From: Nemertoderma westbladi
Lineage: Eukaryota > Animalia > Xenacoelomorpha
Length of the DNA stretch: 64,000 bases
Direction: 5' to 3'
NCBI GenBank assembly: GCA_032718475.1
Contig: JAUCBJ010008494.1
Span: 1-64,000 of the forward strand
The notes beneath the pieces are model-generated. The model saw only the letters and a program-made list of their open reading frames with translations. It made no database searches and was not told the DNA's origin. The translations under genes were made by a program, and so were the position numbers. This document shows, piece by piece, positions 10,801-22,982 of the stretch. Numbering within the stretch: the stretch's first letter is position 1; the number at the start of each line of letters is the position of its first letter.

Positions 10801-13214
10801 GTTATAGTCATACTGGTGTGCAGGGACCAGTATCTGCCGTAGTATGTTCTTGCCTACGAACTGGTATGTAATGTATGCCGCGACCTCCGGGTCCAATCCC
10901 GGCATTCGCGCTACCCTATCGCCTACACTATCTCTCCCAGCATGGCCTATAGTATGTACAGTAAGGCCTACAGTATGTCCTGCAGTTTGCCTGTGTCCTT
11001 CCGGATCGACGTTTAATCTTCTCGAATATTCCGAGAAGTCTTCCCCGCAACTACCATATTCTCGATCGGCAGCTACGTTCCGACGGGAAGTTTCCCTCTG
11101 ATCCCCTCTCCTGTCTTCTTCCTCGTACCGGTACACGCTGTACCCCTTTCCCGGTGTGTGGTATATTTCACCAGCTTGTGTTTCTCCAGGGCGACGGCAA
11201 TCCCCTGGAGTACGACCCCACCGGCTCTCTTTCTCCACTTCGACTATCAATGGTTCACTGTCCGTCCTTTCTCTCTGGTTGCCCGTAGCAACACTTCCTC
11301 GTCCTTTCTCACTTCTTTTTAATTTCAGCGTAATGTCCTCCTTCATGAGATCTCGTTTCAACCTCCCGGATGAACTCCACTGTTCTTCTTCCGTCTTCCG
11401 AATGGGCTCGACGTTTCCTCGTTTGGCCGCTTATGGCACCAACGTCCCTCCCTCTACCCGGTTGGATGGCCCCACGGATATTCGCAGTCCTCCTATTATC
11501 CTCTGTCGTCGGGTGCCATGGTCCACTTAACTCACCATGCGCATTATCTACCGATGCTCATGGGGCGTTTTCTGCCCCCCCCCCCTTTGTCATTAATTGG
11601 TTGTGGTGGGGTGCCTGTAGCCCCCCCCCCCCCACCCATCACCTCTTGTCTCGACCCCATGCCCATGTTCCTCTCCAGTCTACACGTTAGTCCTATCCTC
11701 ACTGGGTTTATTAACCCACGTCCCTCCCTGCACAACTGCGTGGCCTTGTAGGCTCTCACTATGCAGATTGCCTGTTTCCCCTACGTTTATATTAATTGTA
11801 CTGCCAATAGCCGCACCCTGTTGATTTATTGGGTTATTATTTAGGTTATTTTGATTAATTCCGCCTGGAATATTTATTATATTGTTATTTGGCGTATCCG
11901 GATTATTATTTGAATTATTTTGTTCACCAATATTTATATTATTATTTAGATTATTTTGTTCACCGTTATTAAAACTATTATTATTAAGTAAAATATTATT
12001 TCCTGCAAGGAAAGTTTCGTTAGTATTAGGATTATCTATTACGGTACTTTTAATATTAGGGTTTTCACCAAATGTATTGTTATTACACCCCCCCCCCCCC
12101 TCCCATCCAGTCACACCAGTCTCGGGTCTGTCTTCCGGTACCTGTAAGTGGGGTATTAACAAAGGTTTCCATCACCCTTGGTTCTTCATAAATACTTCCC
12201 GAACCAGCCCCGCTCTCTGATAAACCCATTTTTGCCAGTTCTAATCGACGTTTCTGTCTCGCCTGATATTGCATTAACCCCCTCAATCGGGTATGCATGT
12301 CATCCCGCATACGTTTGCCCGCCCTCTCTCCCTCTCTATCCTCTCTAATACTCTTGTTGGCTAACTCTGCTTCTCTCACCTCCCACTCTCTGCGCTCGTT
12401 TGCTTCACTCTCAATTATCTCAGCCTCCCACTCCTTGCGCTCATTTTCCACTCTCACCTCCTGCTCCTCACGTTCCTCCGCTCTCATTCATTTCTCTCTC
12501 CTCCCGCTCTCTATAGTTTCTCGCCACCCTCTCGGCCCTCTCTTTACACTCTCTTGCTAATTCCCTCTCCCTCTCTAGTAACGCGGTCCCCTCATCTAGC
12601 TGCCTCTCTAGTTCCTTTTGATCCAGCGCAACAATATCTAGCTGACACGCCAGATCTATCTCTAACACCCGTCTTGCTTTTGCGGAGGATGTGGCAGACT
12701 TTACAGTTGCGACGGACTCCCGTAGCCTGCCCATCCTACTAATTTTCCCGTGTTTACTGGGATTCCTACTAACCGACGACACTGAATCTTCGGGGTTAAC
12801 CACGGATTTGCTGTCGTGCGGGTCCGCCCATCCCACTAACTTAATCCCCCTCGCATCTACTAGATAAGGCCCTACTTACACTACACTGGCGTCCATCACC
12901 TCGGATCGCCACAATTTGAACAGTTCTGTGGCGACCCCCCTCGCCCTCTCACTTTCTAGTTCCCCCTGCCCAAATTGGACTAGGTAACGAAAATGTTTGT
13001 TGCACTCACCTAGCCTCTGGTACAACATGGGCTGGTCTACGTTTCTCCCCTGTCTAGTGTCCTTCAACAACCTCTTGGTGGCGTTGTACCCTCGTCGTAG
13101 GTGATCACTTGTCCCGACGTCTTCCTCCTGGACTTTGCCTTCCCTCCTCGTCTGGCGCCGTACCGTCAGCCCCACCGTTGCCTTTCCAGTGGGCCGTTCA
13201 CCGCCCTCGGCCAC
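7826..13214 (-). pseudogene. BEL gag-protease-RT polyprotein, fragmented
   Basis: Collinear ORF fragments 12876-13214, 12468-12836, 12083-12487, 11680-12162, 10555-11361, 10286-10603, 9642-10103, 9177-9389, 8217-9167 and 7767-8027. Confidence 0.8.
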
Positions 13215-13490
13215 TGGTTGGCCAGCGACATCGGTACCTCGTTCAACGCTGTGATCTCGCGTCGACTCGCTCTCCTCTCCTCCTCGTACTCGGCCACCCT
13301 CCTCCTCGACGTCCGGAACGTCCCTCGTTGGCTAATCCGGTGTGGCGGGCCGGTACTGCCTCTTCGCTGCTTCCCGAATCGTCTCGTCTCTATCGCTGGG
13401 GGTTCGCGGCGGGCTCGTCTCTCCCTCTGGACCTTGGGGTATCTCTGTTCCTGTTGGCGTTGTGGTCACAGTTCCTCTAGTTCCTCACAT

Positions 13491-13542
13491 AGCATTCTTA
13501 AAAATGCAGCTGCAATGCAGCAGGCCGATCCTAGTAGTAGTA
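13491..13542 (+). mobile_element. ~50-bp 3'-terminal stub of the RTE family inside the BEL leader
   Basis: agcattcttaaaaatgcagctgcaatgcagcaggccgatcc(tag)3 matches the reverse complement of the RTE 3' ends at 2086-2133 and 26369-26414. Confidence 0.85.
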
Positions 13543-13559
13543 TCGTTGGAAGTTGACTT

Positions 13560-13625
13560 GACAGTTTTAACTAGTTGTCTTGGGTGGACAGTTTTAACTA
13601 GTTGTCTTGGGTGGACAGTTTTAAC
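13560..13625. repeat. 27-bp tandem repeat (~2.5 copies) adjoining the 5' LTR
   Basis: gacagttttaactagttgtcttgggtg repeated. Confidence 0.9.
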
Positions 13626-14250
13626 TGTGACAGGATCCGACGGAGTTGGCAGTATCAGATCCCGACCGGTATGTGTATTATACACGTCGCCACGTATGTA
13701 GGCTGCTAAAGTTTTTCTGTTATATAGTAGGCCAAAGGCCATTGAAAATAACTGAGTTTTGTCAGCGTTTATAATCATAGTAATCAATAATAGCACAGTC
13801 TGAATATAATAGTACGGTAGTGACGACGGTTAAAACTGTTCCAGTCTCACATCTGTATAGGAACCAACTGAACCAGTAATCAATAACTACAACGGTTATA
13901 TTATCATTGACACATATTAAATTGCCTCTATGCTACTGAGTGGCCTGATTATCCAATAGATGCGCTCTAATCACTCCCAATGTGTTTTCCCACCCACCAT
14001 TGGCTTAACCTGATTAATTATCACCTCGCCACTCCCTGTTGCCACCATCCCCACGTGCTAGCCTTACTAGCTTGTTTGTCCCTCTGAGGTGGTTTGACCT
14101 CTCAACTCTCTATGTGGCTTGCGGCGTGTATCGCCTTAGTTGGTTGTGAGGTGACATTATTATTGGTAATGTCACCTCGCCAACTATAATTGGTAAAATG
14201 CCTCTAATCCCATTTTCGGTGGGTAGTGCAGGGAATTGAATCTGCTTATA
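13626..14250 (-). repeat. Complete 5' LTR of BEL element 1 (625 bp)
   Basis: TGTGAC...GCTTATA on +; homologous over its length to the LTR at 48853-49490. Confidence 0.85.
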
Positions 14251-15480
14251 AGAAAAATGGCTAAATTTGAAAAGTTACAGACATTCAAATTCCTGTGAGA
14301 GGTTTGATATATCTAGGGTTTTCTTTCTATTATCTCATAGCCATATATTCGAGGATCTCTGGAAATCATAAATCTTTTGTTCTTCACGGTAAAGATTTTG
14401 TTTTTCAGGGTTTGTTAACGCCATATTAATACCGGTTATACTATATTATTTATACCGGTTATAATATATTATTAATACTGGCAGCTGAAGTTTAGCCCTA
14501 CATACCTACCCTGTAATATACATACCTATGGGAAGTATGAAGTACAGAAGTAGGCCAATCAATAAAACCTGTACCGGTAAACTTATTTTAACCAAAGACA
14601 CGGAGCTGTGCCAATCACTGGTAGTCATGTACTGCACAACAGTCACACCATAGGTCGACATACACTGCAACTCTGTACAGTAGTGCACTACTGCACTACT
14701 GCTGCACTTTTGAAGGTTACAAAGTCTTCCCTTTGCATTTACCACTTCTGTGATAAAGTATCGAAGTCAAAGTAACGTATGGAAGTAACGCACAGAACTG
14801 AGATTTGCACAAACCACTGTATTATTGCAATTTACATCAGAGTTGGGAACATTTGCGTTTTGGACTTGGTATCATGCCACAATACTTTCCTACTTTGGAT
14901 TTTTCAAAACGAGATACAAGGACTACTTCTGTTAATACTTTTTTTCAATATTGCTTGTAATTCTTGAAATTCTATGACATTTCTTCCCTAATACACCTGC
15001 TCAGTAGAAACTAATTATCAGCTTAGATAAACAATCAAATGATTTCCCACACTTTAATCTATTATCTACAATATTCTATCATAAAAATGGAATAATAAAG
15101 ATTTATGTTTCAATGGTTAGGGTGACCACTTTTGAAAAAGACTCGTTTGAGAAATGATATTCAGAATGAGATAGGGACTGTAGTGTGTTTTGGGCACACC
15201 TCCACTAAATTTTTAATACAAGCCAGTTTTTGCTACTTTTTTGAATATGTTACAAAACTTATTAGCTGTTAATTAAGAAAATTTCTGTGTACTAGAACAC
15301 AGATTTTTGTTATTGATTACCGGTAATTTATATTAATAGTTGGATTATTTCACTGTTGAGTAGCAATTTAGAGTACCACGTAAAAAAACTTTCTAAATCC
15401 GACGTATTTTGCCTTGATTTGTAGTAGTTGTAATATGCCTACTTGCTTTTAGTAGATATAAGTTCACTGGTGATTCTAAT

Positions 15481-15565
15481 GGCGCAGTGGTCAGATGGTT
15501 AAGGCGATGGTTAAGGCGTTGGTTACATTCTAGGTAGGTCAGGGGTTCGAATCTTGGTCGGGGAA
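15481..15565 (+). mobile_element. tRNA-derived SINE head or tRNA pseudogene
   Basis: A-box-like TGGTCAGATGG and B-box GGTTCGAATC, with an internal gatggttaaggcg duplication. No acceptor stem, so not a functional tRNA. Confidence 0.55.
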
Positions 15566-16700
15566 TTTGCATTTTTGGGCTATTACTTTTCGGTTTCATT
15601 TGGTTAGATAAGCCAATGAGGTGCGTACAACACATGGAACGATGGGTTGGGCCAATCATAGGGCATTTAATAACTTATTGCTCCAATGTGCGGCCATGGA
15701 ATGTTGTCGAATGTTCTTGTTAATTCCATGCCTAGGATTTGCTATAAAGGGCGATTACAGTGTGATTACTTATCACACTCTGATACTTTAACTTGTTATC
15801 TCTTGACTTAACATACTTACTTATCTTTCTTGCTTTAGTTTAGTTTTATTATTTGTAAAGTAAAAATTGATAAGTCCTTTGTAATTACGTTAATATACTG
15901 CAAACTCTTGAACATGCAATTTTAACAATTTTAACTCTACCTTTGGGACAGCTAAACATTTGGGGAATGGCTGCCTAAACCGTTAGGCCTTCAGTAACGC
16001 AGGGAAAATATGTCCGGAACACACTAAAGCGCCCACATTAGATTCGCCCGCGCCCATTCGAAGTATGCCCTCTTGCCATACAGCGCCCACTTCAGAGGAA
16101 GGTAAGACTTTGTTCGACGCCCTTGCCCGCAGTCAGACCTTAGATCAGGGTAAAGCGTGACGCCATCCTGGGACGCCGTAAAATTTAGGATTAAATGTTT
16201 CAGATTCAGACAGGAAAAAACCTGGATCAATCTGTATCTCCAACAGGTGTGAGCTGTTGCTGTTCGTTAGTACGCGCAAGTACACTTTAGGTGCGGATAG
16301 CACGCTCTATAATTTGGTAATTTGCAGTACTGACAGTATGGTACCGGTTCACTTTGTAGCCTATATAGTTTGCCCACCCCGTCTGAGCCCAAAATATTTG
16401 ATCAGGCAAGAGGCTGCTTTCTGCTACCGGCACAGGTTTGGCCTAGGGAGGTTACTAACATCCTACCGCGCCTTGCCATGTACTGATAGGTATTTACTGC
16501 TAACCACCACAGTAACAAAGTTCTAGAATAAATTTGTATACCAAATCAGCTAACGTACGGTAGTAATTAACACCTATTCTCTTATCTCACAATCAGAATC
16601 TGGTATTAGTGCCGATCACGGGTGTAGTTACTAACACTGTAATTGCCCGGTTGAGTTGTGGATAAGGAGGAGAGAGCTTTGACGTCAGTTTGTAAGTATT

Positions 16701-18110
16701 GAAATGGAAATGGAAATGGAAATGGAAAGTTTAAAAACGCACCAACATGCACAACACAATAAAATAAGATCAATCATTTTTTTAAACATTCACTGAGTGA
16801 CTGATAGAGGCCGTATCTAAATAATCAAATATTAATATACATATAGTATACTATACAATACACCGATATAAAAACAAATTTATTACTATTGGTAAGTATG
16901 TTGGTGTATGCGATATACAATATAAAATAAGTATGTAAGATATTGTTTTTAAAATACATAAAATAAATTAAAATAAGTCTGTAGGATAGTGATCTTAAAA
17001 TAGAAACAAACAGCACATTAAAATACTTAAAATTTAATAAAATAAAATGATTTAAGATTTAATTATTTTAAGTTAAAGTTAGTAGTTTTATTCTTAAAAT
17101 AAGCCGTGTTTAATAAAATAAGGATATTATATAATGTAGGTTTATTGAATTAAAATAATGTATTTAAAATAATGGACGTATGTTAGAATATGCGATATAC
17201 AATATAAAATAAGTATGTAGTGAATTATTTTTAAAATACATAAAATAAATTAAAATAAGTCTGTACGATAGTGATCTTAAAATAATCATACAACACATTA
17301 AAATATTAAAATACTTAAAAATTAATAAAATAAAATGTTTTAAGTTAGTAGTTTTATTCTTAAAATAAGCAATGTTTAATAAAATAATTATATTATGTAA
17401 TGTAGGTTTATTGAATTAAAATAATGTAGAAATAATGTATTTAAAGTAATAAAATATTGAAATAAAAAAAATAAAAGTTTATGTTCTTTTGGACTATTAT
17501 TATGGTAGATTTCGGAATGCTTTCAAGTATGAGGTCAAATCAACATCACGTAATGGAGTTTTAAAGGAACCTAGTGATGTAGCCTCAACTACATTGGCCG
17601 GTAATCCGTTCCAAGGGTTGATTACTCTAAAGAAAAAGCTATTTTGTATTAAGCATGATGCATGAACATTTGGTTTAAATAACTCGTACTTATGTCCGCG
17701 TGTTCTACAATTGTTACTAATGTTAAAGCGGATGATTAAGTTAGGGACATCCACCAGACCAAGATCTTCGCGAATTATTTTGAAGGTCATAGTTAGATCA
17801 AGTCGGAGACCGCGCAGTTCGAGTGATTCGAGACATAGAATACGAAGTCGTTCAAAGTATGGTGTCTTTGGATCAAGCGAACATCGATAAAACAACCTTC
17901 GTGTAAACAATCTTTGAACTTTTTCGAGTTTATCGATGGAACCGAGATAACCCTCTTTACAAGTAGTTGATAGGAACGGATTCCAAACAGTAGTAGCATA
18001 TTCCACAAGAGGTCTCGCAAAGGTCGTATAGGCTCTCAATAGTGCTTGGCGGTTATTGGTACAGAACATTTTAAAAATCACGCTAATTGAGCCTATAGCG
18101 TGCGACTAGC
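16701..18110 (-). mobile_element. 5'-truncated or internally deleted CR1-clade LINE (ORF2 C-terminus, AT-rich 3'UTR, putative (TTTCCA)n tail)
   Basis: ORF 17500-18081 has RPLVEYA..VWNP, LEKVQR.FTR, RTRGH..L and FFFRVI.PWN.LP....A.SL.SFK, typical of CR1 ORF2 ends. (GAAATG)4 at 16701-16728; the 3' boundary is inferred. Confidence 0.75.
16895..17440. repeat. AT-rich tandem duplication, ~280-bp unit, 2 copies
   Basis: tatgcgatatacaatataaaataagtatgta...gtaggtttattgaattaaaataatgta occurs at ~16907 and ~17189. Confidence 0.85.
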
Positions 18111-19264
18111 TTATTCGAGTAGCTAGCTCCCGGTATTGTTATTTTGATTAAAATCACTAAAACCTAGTATAACGGCGATACCATAAAATTGTTTTATTCG
18201 TAACACACACACGCGTCCTGAAACACACACGTCTTAAGATCCACTAGCTACTGATTACTATAGGTTACTTTCCGTAGGATCTATCTTATAGTTCTACGAT
18301 TCTGTAGTTTTGTAATTTGAGGAGATATTTAATATTTAGTTTACGGCACATAAGAGGTATTTATGGGGCACCCCCTTTTGACTGCTATTTTCCTGTCGGC
18401 AGTATTGTTACGCTAGTCTATTGATCCGCTAGCTCGTATATAAACCATATAAATCACACCGCGGCAAGTTTACAGTATTTAGGTCCATTAGCGATAGTTA
18501 GGATTCGCTGCGCGGAGATTGTTTTCCCGTGAGTTTGGTCTATATCTGTAAACAGTACATCTGCCTCACCGGTTAGAGGCCGGGTATCCTGTTTTGTCTA
18601 GTTCGCCCGGGCATTTGACTCGCCCACGTATTAGAATAGACATCAGGCTCCGTTCCTCGCCAGTAGTAGTTTGCGTACTTAGTATCTGTTTGTTTAGACA
18701 CCCAGGACTAGGATTTATTATCAGATACTGTACGAGCCCATATACACTGTTGGATTATCTACAGTAAGGTACATCGTTACCAGGATCCGGTAGGCGGTAT
18801 ACTACTGGACTTTTCATTAATTATTTGTACAGTCCCGCTCTCAAAAAGCATTCCTTTGATCAAACATTGATCAAACTTTGATCAAACATTGATCAAAGTT
18901 TGATCAAACATTTAAATGTATCAGGCTTATAAATCCCGCCATTATTGAGTTCTACCAAAGGCGCTCTCTCTCTCTCTCTCTGTATGTATTATTATAGTGT
19001 GTATGTATTACATACACACAGTATTTGTATGTCAAAGAAGTTGCGTCTTTGAAAGATGACTTGGTTTGAACGAAATTTTGCAAAAACTATTTTTCGATCA
19101 GTGACTTAGCAATCATGAATTTTTGTGGTGATCATTTATTTTATGTTAAAATAAGAGATCTGGAAATTTTTGATTACTAATATTGGTTATTTTTTTCTAA
19201 TTTTTGCTTTTTTAATTTTGAAAAACTAGCCCTATTGTTACTTGTAATATATATAACATATAAA

Positions 19265-19763
19265 TATATATATATACATAACGTTGTTTAGGAGACACAT
19301 ATATATACATAGCGTTGTTTAGGAGACACATATACATAACGTTGTTTAGGAGACAAATATACATAACGTTGTTTAGGAGACACATATATATACATAACGT
19401 TGTTTAGGAGACACATATATATACATAACGTTGTTTAGGAGACACATATATATACATAACGTTGTTTAGGAGACACATATATATACATAACGTTTTTTAG
19501 GAGACACATATACATAACGTTGTTTAGGAGACACATATATATACATAACGTTGTTTAGGAGACACATATACATAACGTTGTTTAGGAGACACATATATAT
19601 ACATAACGTTGTTTAGGAGACACATATACATAACGTTGTTTAGGAGACACATATACATAACGTTGTTTAGGAGACATATATACATAACGTTGTTTAGGAG
19701 AAACATATACATAACGTTGTTTAGGAGACACATATATATAACATTGTTTAGGAGACATATATA
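19265..19763. repeat. Minisatellite, 28-32-bp unit (acataacgttgtttaggagacac(at)n), ~16 copies, resuming at 20370-20450
   Basis: Direct reading of tandem units. Confidence 0.95.
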
Positions 19764-20369
19764 CCCAGTGAAAAATGCGCATGCGTATCGCAAGTGATTT
19801 TAAAGCGTAATGCGTTTTTATTGCGGCTCAATAAATAGTGATAAAACTCTTGTGATTCGCATGTGAATCACATGTAAAATAGGGAAGCGATTCCACGCAT
19901 GCGATTCACAACTTATTTTACACGTATTGATTCATACAGCATGTCTAATGTTCTAAGTCTAGAGAGTGTAATGTAATGTAATGTAATGTAATGTAATGTA
20001 ATGTAATGTAATGTAATGTAATGCAATGTAATGTAAGGTAAGTACAGTAGGCAGATGATACGGAAGCCCATAGTATCAAACAGTAGTGGAATAATCAACT
20101 ACTGTATCATATTTTCTGTCACAAAGTTCTCAATATATTATACAAAACTCACAACCAGTAGATTTTTGCGATATTTATGCGCCATGACGCTTGAAAGTCG
20201 CAAGTGAATCGCATGTGAGTTTTATGCGACTGAACGCAAGTTGTGGCGATATTTATGTGACATAACTCAAATAGATCGCTTGCGTAAAGGTCGGGCCATA
20301 ACTCTTGGGAATCACATGAGATACGCCTGCGTTGCACGCTTTCGATACGCTTGCGCACTTTTCACTGGG
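19764..20369. mobile_element. MITE with CCCAG termini and TA TSD (EnSpm/CACTA-like), containing (TAATG)n
   Basis: cccagtgaaaaatgcgcatgcgtatcg vs cgatacgcttgcgcacttttcactggg, with TA on both sides; it interrupts a minisatellite unit. Confidence 0.8.
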
Positions 20370-20880
20370 TACATAACGTTGTTTAGGAGACATATTAACA
20401 TAACGACTTGTAAAGGAGAGACAGACAAATAATAACGTTATTTAGTAGACAGACATATGCGTCAGATTATCTTCTCGTTTTGTATAGGGCCTACTGGTAA
20501 TTTATGTGCCCTGCACTAATTATATAATTGTATATGAAGGGAGGGCTTGTTTTACCAGCGACTTTCAATGTCCTAATATTAATTTGTCCAATAATGTGTG
20601 TTATAGACCGTAACCAGTGCCCAGCATTTGGGAGTATCTGCCATCCAAGGTTTTGTGGACTCTGCAGGAACGCGATCTAAAGGAGGAGGACCCCTCAGCT
20701 TCCATGCAATATAATGAAATCACTGTATTACGGGGTTTCTAAATCGGATAATTGGAATTGTGACGGGACAACGACAGGATCGGCAATATTTTCCATAAAT
20801 GACGTCACTTAACGTCACGTCATTACGTCAATACTTACAATTTGTCAAATAATATTTCGAAACTCACTATAAAACAGTTA

Positions 20881-21132
20881 TAATAAAGCGTACCCGATCG
20901 ATCCCCTTGCCAGCATGACATCATTTTTTTTTTAAACGATGATATTCTTCACATAGGATCAGGATCATATTTCTTACACCCACCCCACATGCATTTTTAG
21001 ATAAGTTATATTTCGTTGGCAGAGTTTGAAAACGAATCAGTTCTGGTGAATTATGCTAGCAATCATTATTATTCTATTATACTCACTATTAATAGTATTA
21101 TGCAAAAGAAATCATTCTGATTGATTAATATT
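20881..21132 (+). repeat. ~250-bp direct repeat, left copy (right copy 22204-22256 + 22987-23184)
   Basis: Near-identical sequence taataaagc.tacccgatcgatcccc...gattgattaatatt in both places. Confidence 0.95.
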
Positions 21133-21145
21133 GACTAGATATTGA

Positions 21146-22209
21146 CTAGAAAGCCAGCAACCTGGCTGGAAGGAGCCCGGGGGAAAAATCCTATCCAAGA
21201 CTATTACAAAGAACTGTCAGTCAGCAGTAAGTAAACTAAAATTGTCTAAACTGCAAGGCGTGAGGCTAGCTGACTTTGTGGCTCGCCCCACATAATAAAA
21301 AATGCAACTTAGCTACCACTAACAAAAATATAATATGAAGCAAATAATTTCATTATCAAGAACGTTTACAAGATATAAGATGCGATTACCGAATATTTAT
21401 AAAAAATGCCCATGATGCACAACCAGATAAATAACAATGAATAGAGCCAAATAACAAATTTAGTTTCCTTCTATAGGTATTACCCCGTCGTCAAGCGGAA
21501 TATCTCTTCCCAGTGAATTCTATGTGAATATGTAATATAGGTACTCCTTAGGCGGTAGGCCAGAGCGGGCTCCTTAAATACATGCAACTACTGTATTATA
21601 GTGTAGGTCAACTATAAAACATTTTGCAATCCACAGTGAGTATCGACTGCAATAGGACACAACACACTGCTTTGTGTAACTAAAATTCATTCTCCTGATC
21701 CACCCCCTAACATAGCAGAGTGAGTAACCTTATTGTAGATATACCCTTAAGAAGCACTGGGAGAGCAATCAGCTTATGGGGTAATACATTAGAAACCAAC
21801 AGCTTATGTGTGAGTAAACATTGCCTTTCCTTATAGCCTACTAGTAAAACTTGGCAACCAACACGTTTTTCTATGACTGTGTATAACATATTAAGCCATA
21901 TTTCATCACGAACACCAGCTGTTATTTTACCATTGCTTTTAATTTCGCGACAAAACAATGTCAAAAAACTAAATATATCGAATACCACACATAGAATCGA
22001 TCTGAAATTTTGTAACGCGATTATGAACCACCAAAGCAATGTACTTGCAAAATTTCATCAAAATCGCCAGGCAGGAAGTGCCTTAACCTAGATAATTATC
22101 AGTCAGTATGTCAGTCAGTCAGTCAGTGTAATGTATCCTGAGATTTTTACAGAAAGTATCCCTGAGATTCTTACAGTAAGTATCCCGCTGTCAAGCGGGC
22201 TCCTAATAA
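21146..22209 (-). mobile_element. Non-autonomous Helentron/DINE-1-like (HINE) element
   Basis: On - strand: TT start, sub-terminal GGAGCCC with an inverted partner at 21172-21178, (CTGA)n microsatellite, cgattttgatgaaatttt core, 3' hairpin ccagc-N6-gctgg followed by CTAG|T. Confidence 0.6.
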
Positions 22210-22256
22210 AGCATACCCGATCGATCCCCTTGCCAGCATGACATCATTTTTTTTAA

Positions 22257-22982
22257 GGGGGGGGGGGGGGGGGGGGGGGGTACACCATTTTCGGACAACT
22301 CTTCGATTTATCACTCTCAGCGTTTCAAAATTGTTTGGTTTTGGCTATAATTTGGAATATTGGTGCCTAAGATGCTATTCTACATGACAGGTTAGAAAAT
22401 TTTTATTTTTCGCTATTTAATATTAGTTAATACTAGTTAACAACAAAAAAAACTTGGTTGCGCTTAAAACCCTAAGGCTTTTGCAGTTTTGAATCTAATC
22501 ACATGAAAGTTTTTTTATATGATAGATCAAAGATGGGGCAACATAACTATCAGGCGAAATTTTGTGAAAATAATTCTGCACCGCTAGGTGGCGCTGCAAA
22601 TTTATGCCTAATTTTTAGGTTTGTTATAAATAGTATTAAATTTTATTAACAAATAATTTCGAAAAGTTGTCTGATACTTTTATGCAAGGTGGCTATGTAG
22701 ACACCCACAGAAAGTTTCAGACTAATTGCTCAAAAATTGTAGAAGTAGTAGGGTTTTGAAGTTGACAATTTCGTAAAAAAAATATTTTGAGATAATCGAC
22801 CTTTCATTATATATAGTAATAGTAATTTCAATAGGAATCCCTAAATGGAAATTGTTATAACTTAAAAACTAAAAGAGCTATTAAATAGCGGTTTTCAGAT
22901 TTGGAAACACCATTCAATGGTGCATTATAATAGATCATAAAAAAAATTTCGACATATTTTTGACCAAAATGGTGTACCCCCC
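22257..22982. mobile_element. TTAA-targeting MITE (Kolobok-like)
   Basis: TIR GGGGGGTACACCATTTT / AAAATGGTGTACCCCCC and TTAA TSD (22253-22256, 22983-22986). The empty site is visible in the paralogous copy near 20932. Confidence 0.9.

Larger units (their letters stand above)
7606..14250 (-). mobile_element. BEL/Pao LTR retrotransposon, internally deleted (RNase H, integrase and most of the 3' LTR missing)
   Basis: 5-bp TSD AGAAA (7601-7605, 14251-14255); LTR homology 7606-7825 vs 13626-13842. Gag DUF1759-like (LPPVGPFNFNGSKPEE), protease (VVPVRI...LVDNGA) and Pao RT (YYLPLH, KLRMVVDAS, SLNDYLLEGP, GDIEGMFNQV, FYVDD). Confidence 0.9.

Noticed and set aside
14690-15000. Exon-like minus-strand segment (also 25484-25774)
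   Set aside because: Stops or frameshifts and no recognisable motif; cannot be supported.
15481-15565. Functional tRNA gene
   Set aside because: Internal duplication and no acceptor-stem pairing; treated as a SINE head or pseudogene.
16011-16636. Possible solo LTR (also 18406-18782)
   Set aside because: LTR-like composition, but no matching TSD or second copy in the window.
19265-19763. CRISPR-like regular repeats (also 27497-27658, 39600-39853, 46708-47326)
   Set aside because: Head-to-tail units with no unique spacers, no cas genes and a eukaryotic context: these are minisatellites.
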